From the human T2T-CHM13v2.0 reference genome, Homo sapiens, in assembly GCF_009914755.1 (NCBI RefSeq), contig NC_060936.1: 64,000 bases of DNA; one strand, 5' to 3'. Each line of letters starts with the position of its first letter. Position 1 is the first letter of the stretch. This document shows positions 16,162-29,566 of the stretch, one piece after another. Position numbers and translations under genes: made by a program. Below the pieces are notes generated by a model. The model was not told where the DNA came from and ran no database searches. It worked only from the letters and a program-made list of their open reading frames with translations.

Positions 16162-16681
16162 CAGGGGTCCCCAACTCCTGGGTCACAGACCAGTACTGGT
16201 CCATGGCCTGTTAGGAACCAGGCCAAGAGGTGAGCAGTTGGCAAGTGAGCAAAGCTTCATCTGTATTTACAGCCACTCCCCATTGCTCACATTACTGCTT
16301 GAGCTCCACCTCCTGTCAGATCAGTGGTGGCACTGATTCTCATAGGAGTACTAACGCTGTTGTGAACTGTGCATGCGAGGGATCTAGGTTGCATGCTCCT
16401 TATGATAATCTAACGCCTGATAATCTGTCACTGTCTCCCATCACCTTCAGATGGGACCATCTAGTTGTAGGAAGACAAGGGCAGGGCTCTTACTGATTGT
16501 ACATTATGGTGAGTTATGTAATTATTTCATTATATATTACAATATAATAATAATAGAAATAAAAGGCAAAATAAATATAATATGCTTGAATCATCCTGAA
16601 ACCATTCCCCCAACCTCAGTCTGTGAAAAAACTGTCTTCCACAAAACTGGTCCCTGATGCCAGAAAGGTTGGGGACCACTG
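16162..16681 (+). mobile_element. MER1A (hAT-Charlie), near full length
   Basis: caggggtccccaac...gttggggaccactg TIRs, ~520 bp. Confidence 0.85.
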
Positions 16682-17214
16682 ATACAGATGACTATCATAA
16701 TCATGAGTTTGTAAGTTATTTATGTGGTAAAAAATAGGAAGCTACAATGGTGGGGGTTGGGGGCAGGGAGGAGACAACAGTAAAGTAAAGGAGAGAAAAG
16801 AATTGGGGACAATGCCTAGATTTTTAGTTTTAGTAACTGGTTAAGTGAGCAAAGTTTGAGTAGAGGCAGATTTTGGAGAAAGGAAATCAAGAATTCTGAT
16901 TTGGTCATGTGAAGTCTAAGATTCCCATTACACATCCATGTGGAGAAGACAAGAAGGCATTTAAATATGAATCTAGAGATCCAGATGAAGATCCTAACTG
17001 GAGATTCAGACTTAGGAGTAGTCAACATATATATGGTAGTTGAAATTGTAGGGTTGGAGGAGGTCACCCAAGGAGAGGGTATAGACAGAGAAGAGATTGC
17101 GGCCCATGAGAGAGCCACAATAAAATACAATAAAATATTCTAACACTTCCAGAACTTGAAACTAATTAGCTGGCCAATTCAATAAGATAATAACACTCTG
17201 TATTTTAAAAAGTA

Positions 17215-17535
17215 ATGGAAACCTTGGCGACAATATGCTAAGGGAAATAAGTCAGACACAAAAGGACAAATATTATATGGTTCCACTCATATGAGGTACC
17301 TAGAATAGGCAAATTCATAGACAGTAGAATGGTGGTTACCAGGGGCTGGGGAGAGGAGGGAATGTGGAGGTATTGTTTAATGGGTACAGAGTTTCAGTTT
17401 GGGATGATGAAAAAGTTATAGACATGGGTAGCAGTGATGGTTACGCAATGTAAATAGACACGTATTTAATGCTGCTGAACTGTATACTATAAAATGTTAA
17501 ACTTTGTATTATATATATTTTACCATAACTTTTAA
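17215..17535 (+). mobile_element. L1MB-like 3' end
   Basis: gacacaaaaggacaaatat...gggtacagagtttcagtttggg. Confidence 0.75.
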
Positions 17536-18574
17536 AAAGTAATAGAAATCTATATGAAAAATTGCAGATCTTTTATACTCTATAATTAGTTCCAAGTAAG
17601 GATTTCCAATGATTTTTACCACCACAACATGATAATCATTATGATTCCACTAAGAAACGTTATTTGGCATCTTATTTATCTAGATCTTTTCATTACGTGA
17701 ACTATGATCAGGAACATGCAATTTCATAGCCCAACTTGTAGCCTAAGCCATTCCCTCCTCCCAAACCTGCTCTTTCAAACATTATTACTAGCCTGATCCC
17801 ATTCTAGATCCTACATATATCCAATGGAGTTTATGCCTTCAGCGTCAACCTTTCAAGGAACTTGTGCTATTTGTTGGAGTTAGTCCTCCTTAAACTCCCT
17901 ATGTTATCCACTGTTGTAAAAAACAATTACTGTTATGATGTAACCACAAACTGTCGAAGACAAACTGTCACAGCTAACATGTAAGAGATCAGCAAGATAA
18001 AGAGACCTAGGTGAAAGACAGAGGCTCACAATATCCATAAAACTGGAATTTGTTGACTCCAAACTTGACAAATTGCTCCAGTGTACAAACGGAGCTGTTA
18101 AGAATGAGAATTTGGAATATCAGGAAAACCAGGTCATTTTAATCTTTGCTTTTTGGTGTTACTTCTAATGCTAAATAATCATGATAAGTGACATTCTGTT
18201 AGGTTTATCTGACTACACTTCTTGGGAACATGTACATTAGCTGAAGAATTTCAGTTGGTCAAGAAGTCTCAAGTAGTATATGTGCAATAAAACATAATTT
18301 TACCTTTCTACAACTGTGATTTATTCTCTTCCTCACATTTAAATTGTCACCTATTCTCATCAAATTCAATAATCTCAATATATCGTCCCATTACAAGAAA
18401 AAATAAGTTCAAGGCTATGTAAACACAAGATTCTGAAATATAACTTTCTGTGATAAGTCTTAAAATAGAATTAAGACTTATCAAACATCTGTTCTGCTGC
18501 AGTGACAGCAAAAAAAAAAAAGACATCAAATACATTGAGTGTTTATGAGGGAAAGCTGAAGCTCAGATGAACTG

Positions 18575-19140
18575 AATTTTTTATTGAGATGAAATTCTTA
18601 TAACATTAACCATTTTAAAGTATACAATTCAGTGGCATTTCATATACTTACAATGTGGTACAACCATCACCTCCCTGTGTTCCAAAACATTTTCATATTG
18701 CTAAAGGAGATCCCATACACAATAACCAGTCACTCCTCAGTCTTTTCTCCCTATCAGCCTCTGGGAACCACTCATCTACTTTTTGTCTCTATGGATTTAC
18801 CTATTCTGGATACTTCATATAAATGGAATCATAGAGTATTTTGGGTCTGGCTCCTTTCAGTTTTCAAAGTTCATCTATGCTACAGCACATAGCTCTTCAT
18901 TCATTTATGTATTGAATAATATTCCATTCTATGGACAGACCACATTCTGTTTATCCATTCATCTGTTGATGGGCATCTGGGTTGTTTACACCTTAGCTGT
19001 TGTGAATAGTGCTGCTACAAATATAAATATTTGTGTACAAGACTTTGATTACCTGTTTCAATTATTTGGGGTATATTCCTAGGAACAGAATTGTTGGGTC
19101 ATATAGTAAGTCTATGTTTAACTTTTTGAAGAACTGAGGT
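18575..19140 (-). mobile_element. L1M 3' fragment
   Basis: cattttaaagtatacaattcagtggcatt...tttttgaagaactg. Confidence 0.75.
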
Positions 19141-19167
19141 AAATTAATTTTTGACAGGTGTGTTTGT

Positions 19168-19462
19168 TTGTTTGTTTTTGAGATGCAGTCTAGCTCTGTT
19201 ACCCAGGCTGGAATGCAGGGGTGCCATCTCGGCTCACTGCAACCTCCGCCTCCTGGGTTCAAGCAATTCTCCTGCCTCCTGAGCAGGTGGGGGACTACAG
19301 GCGTGCGCCACCACATTCCATTAATTTTTGTATTTTTAGTAGAGACGGGGTTTCACCGTGTTGGCCAGGCTAGTCTAGAACTCCTTACCTCCAGTGATCT
19401 GCCCACCTCGGCCTCCCCAAAGTGCTGGGATTACAGGCATAAGCCTGGTACCATGCTTGGCC
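19168..19462 (-). mobile_element. AluS-like
   Basis: Antisense Alu flanked by ttgacagg. Confidence 0.92.
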
Positions 19463-20134
19463 TTGACAGGTTTTTAAAAACTGAACATTAAACACTTCTC
19501 AGTTAGTAAAAAGAAAACTGATGGGCTCAAAATTCTTTTTCTTCCAGGCACTACAGAAAAAAATATTTTGTACATTTCAGTTTGGAAATTTTTCTGCAAA
19601 AATTTTATTTCATATTTAGGGAAAGGTGTATTGAGTTAAGGCCAGAATCCTTAAATGAACCAAATTTGCAAACTTTCAACTTTTTTTTTTTTAGCATACT
19701 GAATACAAATTCAGGATTCATCATTCCTTGGGTTCAACCCACCTGTCAATGTGCAAACATACTAGTTTCTATAAATAGACAAAGTAATTTGATTTATAGA
19801 TTTATAACTGAGTTAAAAACCTTCATATATGACTCAGTTATCAAAATAAGAGAGATAATATCTCATTTGGGATATTCTATTGTATTTGGATAGAGGTAGA
19901 GCATGCATGAGTGAGATTATGGGTATAAGTATAACCAAACGCATCATACCCATAATTTCTCCAACATGTTTATAGTATTACCCCCAATTAATGTGTTCTG
20001 GATCTAGAGTATGCATGAGAGCCATGTGCCTAGATATGCAAGAGTAATAGGACTGTGATCATGCCTGTGACTAATCAAGAGACAAGTGATCAAAAATTGG
20101 TCCAAAGGCAGTTTATTCAGGGAAATTATAAACT

Positions 20135-20527
20135 ACTGTTATGTGCCATGTGACGTTTCAGACAATGACAGACATCATATACAACAGTGGTCTCATAAGA
20201 TTATAATGGACCTGAAAAACTCCTATAGCCTAGTGATGCCAGTGATGCCACACCCGCTGTAACATAGTAGCACAATGCATTTCCTTTTCTATGTTTAGAT
20301 ACACTTAGATACACAAACACCATTGTGTTACAACTACCTACAGTATTCAGTACCATAATACACTGTACAGGTTTGTAGCCTATAAGTAACAGGTTGTACC
20401 ATGTAGGCTAGGTGTGTAGTAAGCTATACTACCTAGTTTTGATATACTCTGATGTTTGCACAATGATGAAATGGCCTAATAACGTATCTCTCAGAATGCA
20501 TCCCCACTGTTAAGCAATGCATGACTG
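20135..20527 (+). mobile_element. Tigger3-family (MER7-like) element
   Basis: cataagattataatgga...gtacaggtttgtagccta...gcatgactg|ta. Confidence 0.8.
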
Positions 20528-21597
20528 TATATTCCTCCTACTCCTTCAGCTAGCATTATGCTACTATTTGGCATTAAAGCTCACTTTTGCTTCATAAACT
20601 GCTTACATTGTATGTGAGAAGATAACTTTAAAAGTATATACGTGTCATTCATTATGCTATATTCTCTGTATTCTGGCATGGACTGTGTCTGTGTATGTGA
20701 CCTGTCTAACAGCTTTTATACTCTAAAATATGTTCCACAAGAAAAGAATGTGTTGGAATCAGCTATCAGGCACTGACAGGTGACCAAAAAGGTGTAGAAT
20801 CTCTGTGAAAGCTGTTGGTGAAATCCATGTGCTATTACAGAGAGAAAATAAGCATAGTAGATTATGGTAGCCTATGCTACTAGCAATCTTTGTAACCCAA
20901 GAGGAATCAATGTCTCTTATGACGTCTTGAAGTATTACTTCAAGGTCAAGGAGAAACTCAATAGATCGCCTATTTGCCCTTATTTACTACCTATTAAAAG
21001 TTACTACTGTAATAAAATAAGTTTTAAAAAACATATACAACTTGAGAAAACAAATATTTTTAATCTTTCACCATTTGTTAAAAACAAAGCATGTTTTATG
21101 ATAGTTAATACCAAAATATTCTAGAAAATATGCAATTGGTCTAAAATATTAGCTAAAACATACGTTCATTTTCTTTGACTCATATCTTTTCTTTAGGAAA
21201 AGAGGATTGTCTTGTAGTCAAATACTAAAAATATGTCCCAGAAACCAACCACTAAGATATATACTGTGTTTATTTTATTCCTGATCATCATTGGCAAACA
21301 CATTGGCAAGACCCTTCTATCCTAAGAGTAGGCACACTGCGCTTCCCACCAAAAATTCAATGGGGGGGGGTCCCACCAAAAATTCAATGAGGGGGTCTAA
21401 AAGAGAATTAAGGATTTTGCTCTGTGTATCTAGAATAGGTCCTCTGGCAAGAGGAACAACAGTAAAATCATGATGTTTGAGATTTGACCCAAATGTACAA
21501 TTTTCCCCTCCTACATATAATTATATCCAAATTATTATATTAAATTTCCTACTGAGCCCATCCCTCTCTCCTCCCCACCATGACAAAAACAAAACAA

Positions 21598-21902
<305 letters not shown>

Positions 21903-22933
21903 GGTAGATGTTATCAAGGAAAACCTTAACAAATGAATGAAAGGGTCCTTGCAGAACAGTAGCATTGTTATAGACTCTGAAGTGAAGAAACCTGGGTTCT
22001 AAAGTACTGGTTCTGGAGCTGGGTAACCTTGAGCAAATAATGACCCTTCTGAGTAAAGGAAATAAGAAAACTGAAGCCTGGGTAGAATAAACGGCTTAGC
22101 CAGTCATCAACTAGGAAGTGTTTAAGTGTATCCAAAATCCAAACCTATGACTTTAAAAAGTCCAGAGCCCACTCCACTATACCTTTTCCTCTCTCAAAAC
22201 ATAAGTATGTGCATTCTAGTGGAAGGGGTAAGGGTGTCCATGCTTTCCAGCCACTGCCACAAATCTCTAACAGCAGAATTTCAGGCACAGGTAAGGAAGA
22301 TCTGCCAGATACTCTGCACATCATGACACACTGAAAGCCAGTCACGTAAGTTCCTTCCCAGTTACTACTATGACATCCCTAGGGCTATTTCAGATTTGAA
22401 TATGTAGCCTTCCTCTAGAAATTTCACCAGGATTTTGTATTTAACACACTTAACAAGCTCTTTTTATTTTAACATCTGGATACTACTACTTTATGTTGTA
22501 AAAAGCACTGTCAAATGCATGAAACATTATGAAACTGATGAAGCCACAAACAGAAATTTCACAGACTTCCTATGCACTTTTAAGCTGTATTAACTTGGGT
22601 TATAAGAATAAAAAAAATTAATAGTTATTTAACAATCAAGATAATATTATAAAATGCATTCTTCTTTAAGAACTAGTGAAAAATGGAAGGATATGTGGAA
22701 TAGAACAATTCATCAGGGTTTGAGACCAGGTATCGTAATGTTGGAGTGAGAGGGAAATATTCCAGTTAGTAACCAAACAAAAGTTATATAGTCTTCAATT
22801 TCCTAAGAAACCATGGAATGAGACAGAAATAAACAAAGGGAAGCTATTATGAACTTATCTAAAAAGTAAATTTACATTCTATTCATAAAGTAATTAAAAG
22901 GAGGAAGCATCTCCCCCTATGCCAAATATTTAC

Positions 22934-23051
22934 CATTATCCTTGCTGCTGTTTTCTTCAATAGTCATTTGTTCAGCCAATTCAGACAATGATTCATCAAT
23001 AGTCTGACTTCCTCGGAGTGTGAGGGATAGCCTTCTCTTAAATTTTTTCAT
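22934..23051 (-). CDS. CDK17: CDK17 first coding exon (exon 2), aa 1-39 MKKFKRRLSLTLRGSQTIDESLSELAEQMTIEENSSKDN(E)
   Basis: Manual translation matches the recalled CDK17 N-terminus; ATG at 23051; donor AATG|gtaaat at 22934/22933; 118 nt, phase 1. Confidence 0.97.
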
Positions 23052-23080
23052 CCTATCAATTGAATGTGGCTTGAAAAATC
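23052..23080 (-). other. CDK17: 5' UTR part of CDK17 exon 2 (29 nt)
   Basis: Acceptor ttcttttctttcag|GATTTTTC at 23081/23080, just upstream of the ATG. Confidence 0.88.
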
Positions 23081-23689
23081 CTGAAAGAAAAGAATAAACA
23101 CAAAACTAAAGCTATAAATATTTTACCACTGAAGAAAAATACCGCCTGGGTTTACTGGAAATCTTTAAAATAGGAATATAATGAGGAATTCTCACTTCTG
23201 CCAAACATCACCAAATCCAACCCCTTTTTTAAAAAGATTCACCTACTCCGAATAATGCTGTATTTATTTGGCATCATCAGAAGAGCAGGAATTCCATGTA
23301 ACTAAAGAGTGGGACTTTAAGCATCACAAATAAGTTTAGAAGGATTGGAAATTTTCTTAAAATGTGTATTTTAAAAACCATTATAGTAAAATATCAATAT
23401 TATTTTGATGCTTAGGTTCCATAACATAAATATCAATCATTATATTGGAACCAGCCAGTGATATCTTCAGATATAACAGGGAGGCGGGTGAGGTAATGGA
23501 GGAAGACAAAGAACAATGTTTGACAATTAAACAGCTCCAACAAGAAATTTTCCTTTTTACGCTCTTACACAGCCAGTACATTAGAGTTTGGTTTTGTTTT
23601 TACTTGTTAGGCTTTCAAGTGTCTCTTTCATCCTAAGAGAACCAAGCTTTAGAAGGAAGAAACGAAAGCCAAATTAGCGGGTACTGAAT

Positions 23690-23850
23690 GCCTGCCACAC
23701 AGCAGACACTTTCATATCTCTAATTGTGTCTTCCTAATTCTGAAAGGTAAAGTATACTATCCCATTTTCACACATGAGGAAACGTGCTCAAAGAAGTTCC
23801 CTGACTCATGTCAAACAAATAAATGACAGAACTGAGATTTAAAACCAGAA
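23690..23850. mobile_element. MIR fragment
   Basis: cccattttcacacatgaggaaac core motif. Confidence 0.65.
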
Positions 23851-24395
23851 TTACCATTTACTTTTTCCTTCACACTTTAACATCTTTGAAATCAGAATGT
23901 ATCTCACAATTAATGTGATGTCAAAATGTAACTGACAGTATTTTTTCTTACAGGTACATAAATTAATGGTATAATTCATAGTAGAGTCTTGGATATGATG
24001 AAACAAGGTACTTATGCCAAACCCAAATTCTTGACCCACAATTTCCTTTCTAACTTGGTATTTCTATGATGAGCTGGCTTACCAGATTGCCATGCACACT
24101 ATAACCATTATCCCAACCAACCAAGAGTAAGGGCCGTACAACTCCTCTATATTAAAGTACAGGGGTTTTACCATCCAGCTCCAGATATCTATTTTATAGC
24201 TGTAAATGTTTTGCTTATTTTCTCATTCTAAGGATTTATTCTAAGTAACTGAGTTTACTGAACAGGTAATCTATGCATATTAGTTACAGAATAATTTATT
24301 TTTGCTTAAAAGCTGGGGGGGGAGGTATCACAAATAAACATAAGTAATAATTTTATATTTTACTACTTTCATATTATATTTTAAAATAGAAACCA

Positions 24396-24683
24396 GCTGG
24401 GCATAGTAGCTCATGCTTGTAATCCTGGCATATTGGGAGGCCAAGGCAGGAGGATCTCTTGGGGTCAGGAGGTTAAGACCAGCCTGGAAAACAGCGAGAA
24501 TTTGTCTCTACTGAAAAAAACAAAGAAAATTAGCCAGGCATGGTGGCATCTGCCTGTATGCCCAGCTACTCAGGAGACTGGGGTGGGAGGATCACTTTGA
24601 GCCCATGAATTTGAGGCTGCAGTGAGCTACAAATGTGCCACTGCACTCCAGCCTGAGTGACAGAATAAGATGCTCTCTTAAAT
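24396..24683 (+). mobile_element. AluJ-like
   Basis: Diverged dimeric Alu. Confidence 0.9.
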
Positions 24684-24859
24684 AATGTTTTTTAATAATT
24701 TTTTAAAAATCCACTAAAATAAAAATACCAAAAAATACTAAATACACATTAAAATAGCAAGAGTTGCGACTGCACTTTAATAAGGACTCTTTTCACCCAC
24801 ATGCTCTAAAATAAGAGACATACTTTGGTGAGATATTGAAAAGTTTCTATTCCTTAGCT

Positions 24860-25740
24860 CAGTTTAAAGTCGAGTTTATGCCTAATGTTTTCTACTAACG
24901 TATCCTCCAGTTCACAAATCCTCTTTTCAGCTGTGTCTAATCTGCAGTTAAACCCATCTGTTGTGCTCTTAGTTTTAGTTACTATATTTTTCAGCTCTAG
25001 AATTTCCATTTGACTCCTTCCTGCAGATGCCAGTTCTCTAGTGAAATTCTCCACCTCAGCATCTATTTTCATGAACCGAATACAGTATTTTAAAGCCCCT
25101 GCTTTTAACTCCAAAGTCTGAACAATCTATCAATCTGTTTCTCTTGTCAATTTTCTTCTCTTGATCTTTTTGTATGCTTAGTAATTTTTTATTGTATGTA
25201 AGACATTGTGAGTTATCATATGCATATGTATACGGAAAAAACGTAGAGCCTCCAGATGATGTTACCTTCCTCCAGAAAGGATTTAATTTTTATTTTTTTT
25301 AACAGTCTCTGTAGGAGCAGACTGATGCAATCCAATTGGGACTGAGCTGACTTGAGACTGAGTTTCAGACACTACAAAGATAGGTAGGCCTCTGATTTGT
25401 CCTCACTCTATGGTGTGGCTCTTCACTAGGGCCAGAACAACACCACAACAAACTATTGAAAGCTCCATTCAACTTCCTCAGTCGTTTTTTGCTCATCTCT
25501 TATGCCTTGCTCAGCTTTTATCTTCTTACCCCCAATAGCTTAAGAGCTGGAAAATGGATCAAGAGGAAAACCAGCACAGAGTGTGTCTGTCTCCCTTCTC
25601 TCCTGAATCTTGACTCTTCAAGTGTTGATTCACTGAGAAGCTTTACAATGCCTTCAAAATGATTTTTTCCCCTAGCATTTCTAGTTTTCAGCAGTTTTAG
25701 TCTGTTACAAGTTACTCCATCATAGGCAGAAATGGAGGTT
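24860..25740 (-). mobile_element. Ancient L1M 5'/ORF1 fragment
   Basis: ORF 24854..25114 ELKNIVTKTKSTTDGFNCRLDTAEKRICELED resembles L1 ORF1p coiled coil. Confidence 0.65.
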
Positions 25741-26021
25741 TTGATGTGGATTAGATGAGATAATATATGCACTTCCCAAGCAAAGGAGAAAGTAAACCAT
25801 GAAGTTCATTCCAATTAAGAAACCTGTTAATTGTAGGGTTACTCTAAATGCTATTCTTTACTTCTGATAGTCAACCTTTATAGCTCTACCTTGACAGTCA
25901 GTAACTCATGCCATTTGTTTAAACACACTAGATATTTAAGTTGTACTGAGCTATTGCCACTCTCATCTACCCTTTGTTTCTGTAAGACTTTACACTACTT
26001 TACACTAGAGACATCTTCCTT

Positions 26022-26666
26022 TGTTAGGCTCCCAAATCATCCTGTGCAGTCAAGAAATAACTAGGGAGGCTTGGGGTACTCTAACTCTGCACATTCTGAA
26101 AAAAGCACTAGTCTGTGAGAGGCTCCTGGGAGATAACCTCCGAGCCCTTGGAATATCCTGCCTGATAAGAGTGTCTCTACATAACTGACACCTTGGATCA
26201 TATCAGGTAATCTATATAAACAATATGAATTATGGTTAATGCTTGTTTTTGTATGCCTGGGGCTCTGGCCCACACTATATCAGTTTGATTTCTTAGGTGA
26301 GGAAGGACCTGCAGGAGAGGCTGGAGACTGAGTAACTAAAGTCAGTCATATGAGCACTCCATGCCTATCTAATAGATCCACAGTAATTTTCTTGCACAAC
26401 AAGACTCAGGTGAACTTCCCTGGTTGAAGCTCTTTGCATGTTGTCATAGCCCATGCAACTCCACTGGAAGAAGGCAAATGAAAGCTCACATCTGGATCCT
26501 CTTGGACTTCAAGCTACATACCTTTTCCCTTTGTTGATTTTCATCTGCATCTTTTAGCCATAACAAATCATAACCATGAGTTTAACAGCTTTTCTCTTAA
26601 GTTCTATGAGTCCTTCGAGCAAATCATCAAGCATGATGGGTTGGTCTTGGGGATTCCCAACGCACA
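26022..26666. mobile_element. MER21-like solo LTR
   Basis: ggctcctgggagataacctc...cccttggaatatcctgcctgataagagtgtc...ggtcttggggattccc. Confidence 0.75.
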
Positions 26667-26768
26667 CTCCAAGAAATCTACGTGCCCCAGCAAAAAGTCC
26701 TAAGAGATGGTAGCTCATAACTACCAACATTTCGGACTCCAGCTTTTTCAAACACAGGCATCTAGTCA

Positions 26769-27999
26769 CTAATTTTTGTATTTTTAGTAGAGACGGAGTT
26801 TTGCCATGTTGACCAGGCTGATCTTGAACTCCCGGCCTCAAGTGATCCGCTCACCTCGGCCTCTCAAAGTGCTGGGATTACAGGCATGAGACACTGCGCT
26901 TGGCCCTCAACATGTTATTAATATAATAGTTATTAACTTTTTTTTTGGTGAGCGATAATAAATGTTATTGTCTGAAGCCACTAAGGTTTTTTTTTTTTTA
27001 ATTTTTAAAAAAGTTGTAAAATACACATAACAAAATTCACTATCTTTACCATTTTTAAGTGCAGTTTCAGTGGTATTTATTTCATATTGTTCTGCATCTA
27101 CCACCATTTTCCATCTCCAGAATTCATTTCATCTTGCAAGATGTAAACTCTGTACCCATTAAAGAATAAATTCCCATTCCTGTCCTTCCCCCAGCCCCTG
27201 GCAACCAAAGTCCACTGTGTATTTTACAGTTGCATTATCCGACTATACAGACATCACCACTTCAGAATCTTGCCACACCATTTTTGAATGACCCTTTTGC
27301 TATTTTGCTGACCACGGGACCTGCCTATTGTTCTGGATGACAAATAAGGACAAAAATAACAAAGTATTATAGAAATGTTATTACAGAATTAATTCATATA
27401 ACAGTAACATTCTGTAACACAGAGTAACTATAAATGGATTCAGTATCTATTACAGCACAGAACTGAGCTATCCAAAACTGTAGCCAACAGCAGGCTAATA
27501 AGCACTTGAAAAGTACGTAGTCCAAACTGAGTTGTGCTGCAGCTGTAAAATACACAGTGGACTTTGGTTGCCAGGGGCTGGGGGAAGGACAGGAATGGGA
27601 AGTTATTCTTTAATGGGTACAGAGTTTACATCTTGCAAGATGAAATGAATTCTGGAGATGGAAAATGGTGATAGATGCAGAACAATATGAAATAAATACC
27701 ACTGAACTGCACTTAAAAATGGTAAAGATAGTGAATTTTGCTATGTGTATTTTACAACTTTTTTAAAAATTAAAAAAAAAAACCTTAGTGGCTTCAGACA
27801 ATAACATTTATTATCCCTCACCAAAAAAAAGTTAATAACTATTATATTAATAACATGTTGAGGGCCAAGCGCAGTGTCTCATGCCTGTAATCCCAGCACT
27901 TTGAGAGGCCGAGGTGAGCGGATCACTTGAGGCCGGGAGTTCAAGATCAGCCTGGTCAACATGGCAAAACTCTGTCTCTACTAAAAATATAAAAATTAG
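26769..27999. repeat. Long inverted repeat: arms 26769-27234 and 27538-27999, 303-bp spacer
   Basis: Manual alignment: about 7 substitutions and 4 indel bases over ~465 bp. Confidence 0.96.
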
Positions 28000-28310
28000 C
28001 CAGGCATGGTGGTGCACGCCTGTAATCCTAGCTACTTGGGCTGAGGCATAAGAATCACTTGATCCCAGGGGGCAGAGGTTGCAGTGAGCTAGGATCGTGT
28101 CACTGCACTCCAGCCTGGGTGACAGAGACTCTGTCTCAATCAATCAATCAATAAAATAAAATAAAATAATGTTGAAAAATATTTTAGATGTTTAAGTAAA
28201 AAAATCACCAAAATTAACTCTGCCTTTTAAAAAGTTTTCAAAAAATATGCCTACAAAAATCTTAAAAATTACATATGGGGTGCACATTACATTTCTACTG
28301 GACAATGCTG
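27466..28310. mobile_element. MER33-like element interrupted by an L1M 3' fragment and an Alu
   Basis: agcacttgaaa...tgtaaaatacaca and aaattacatatg...atttctactggacaatgctg. Confidence 0.7.
27863..28168 (+). mobile_element. AluS-like (its left arm is copied inverted at 26769-26905)
   Basis: Full Alu with tail. Confidence 0.92.
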
Positions 28311-29060
28311 ACATAGAGCATTTTATATGCTCTATGTCAGCATGGTTTTAAGAGAGTCTAAGAGAAAAAAATAGAATCACATAAACCTTAACCTTTTCTT
28401 CATATAGTGCATTTGAACAATGTATCAGGGGACATTCTATGCGCTTCTAACTCAGAATAATACGCATGGCACTTATTTCATCATCAAAGAGTGAAGAAAA
28501 TCCTGGTCTATAAAGTAATTTTAACTATACTTATTTTATATTCTGTCAGGAGTAAGAAAGATATTTCTAATTCATAAAAGCAAGAGAAAAATACTTATAA
28601 AGCTAAACCTTACTATAAAATTTTCAAATAAAATCACATCTTCAAATTGTTCCTATTTTTAATCTGTGGTATAATTGTAAAATTTTAATTAAGTTACAAT
28701 GATTTGTAAACACAGATAATAAAGAATTTCATTACCACAGCCTAGATCATTATTAAAGAAAAAATATTCCCAAATGAAATAGGTTCCCTGACATTTCTAA
28801 TTATCTTTAAGTAGAACTGTGCATATCAACTTTTTTCGTTAGCTGAGAACAAAGGCACATATGCTAAACTAAAAACACCTTTTGTGACATAAAAACTACT
28901 ACTTACACTGGCTTTAAGGTTAATCTTTAATATTTACTATAATAGGGCAGTGCTAAATTACTGATTATCTAAAATTGGAACACTCAAGAGTTTGGTTAAA
29001 ATATTTTATCAGTTTAATAAAAATTTTTGAGATTATGAAGATCTTTACACTATCATTTCT

Positions 29061-29372
29061 TTTTTTAACTTTTATGCTCAGGAGTACATGAACATGTTTG
29101 TTATAGAGGTAAACTGCATATATGGGGGTTTGCTGTGCAGATTATTCTGTCACCAAAGTAGTACGTATAGTACCCAATAGGTAGTTTTTTTATCCTCTCC
29201 CTCCTCCAATCTTCACCCTCAAGTAGGCCCCGGTGTCTGTTGATCCCCTCTTTGTGTCCATGCGTTCTCATTGCTTAGCTCCCACTTATGAGTGAGAACA
29301 TGTAGTATTTGGTTTTCTGTTCCTACATTAGTTTGCTTAGAATAAATGGATGAATCTGGAGGCCATCATCCT
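29061..29372 (-). mobile_element. Short older L1PA 3' end with 5' inversion
   Basis: L1 3'UTR antisense, flipped segment 29345-29372, TSD acactatcatttct / acgctattgtttct. Confidence 0.8.
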
Positions 29373-29529
29373 ACGCTATTGTTTCTATGAATATTAAGAT
29401 AGATTAAACAGTGTGACTTAATGGTAAATGACTAAATATTCACATTTCAGTGTAAATGTCATTCTTCAGAGGGCCCTTTTCTGACTCTATTCCTCTATCC
29501 TTAGTTTTTACTCATAGCACTTATCATAT

Positions 29530-29533
<4 letters not shown>

Positions 29534-29563
<30 letters not shown>
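29534..29563. repeat. (CA)n microsatellite
   Basis: About 15 units. Confidence 0.95.
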
Positions 29564-29566
<3 letters not shown>

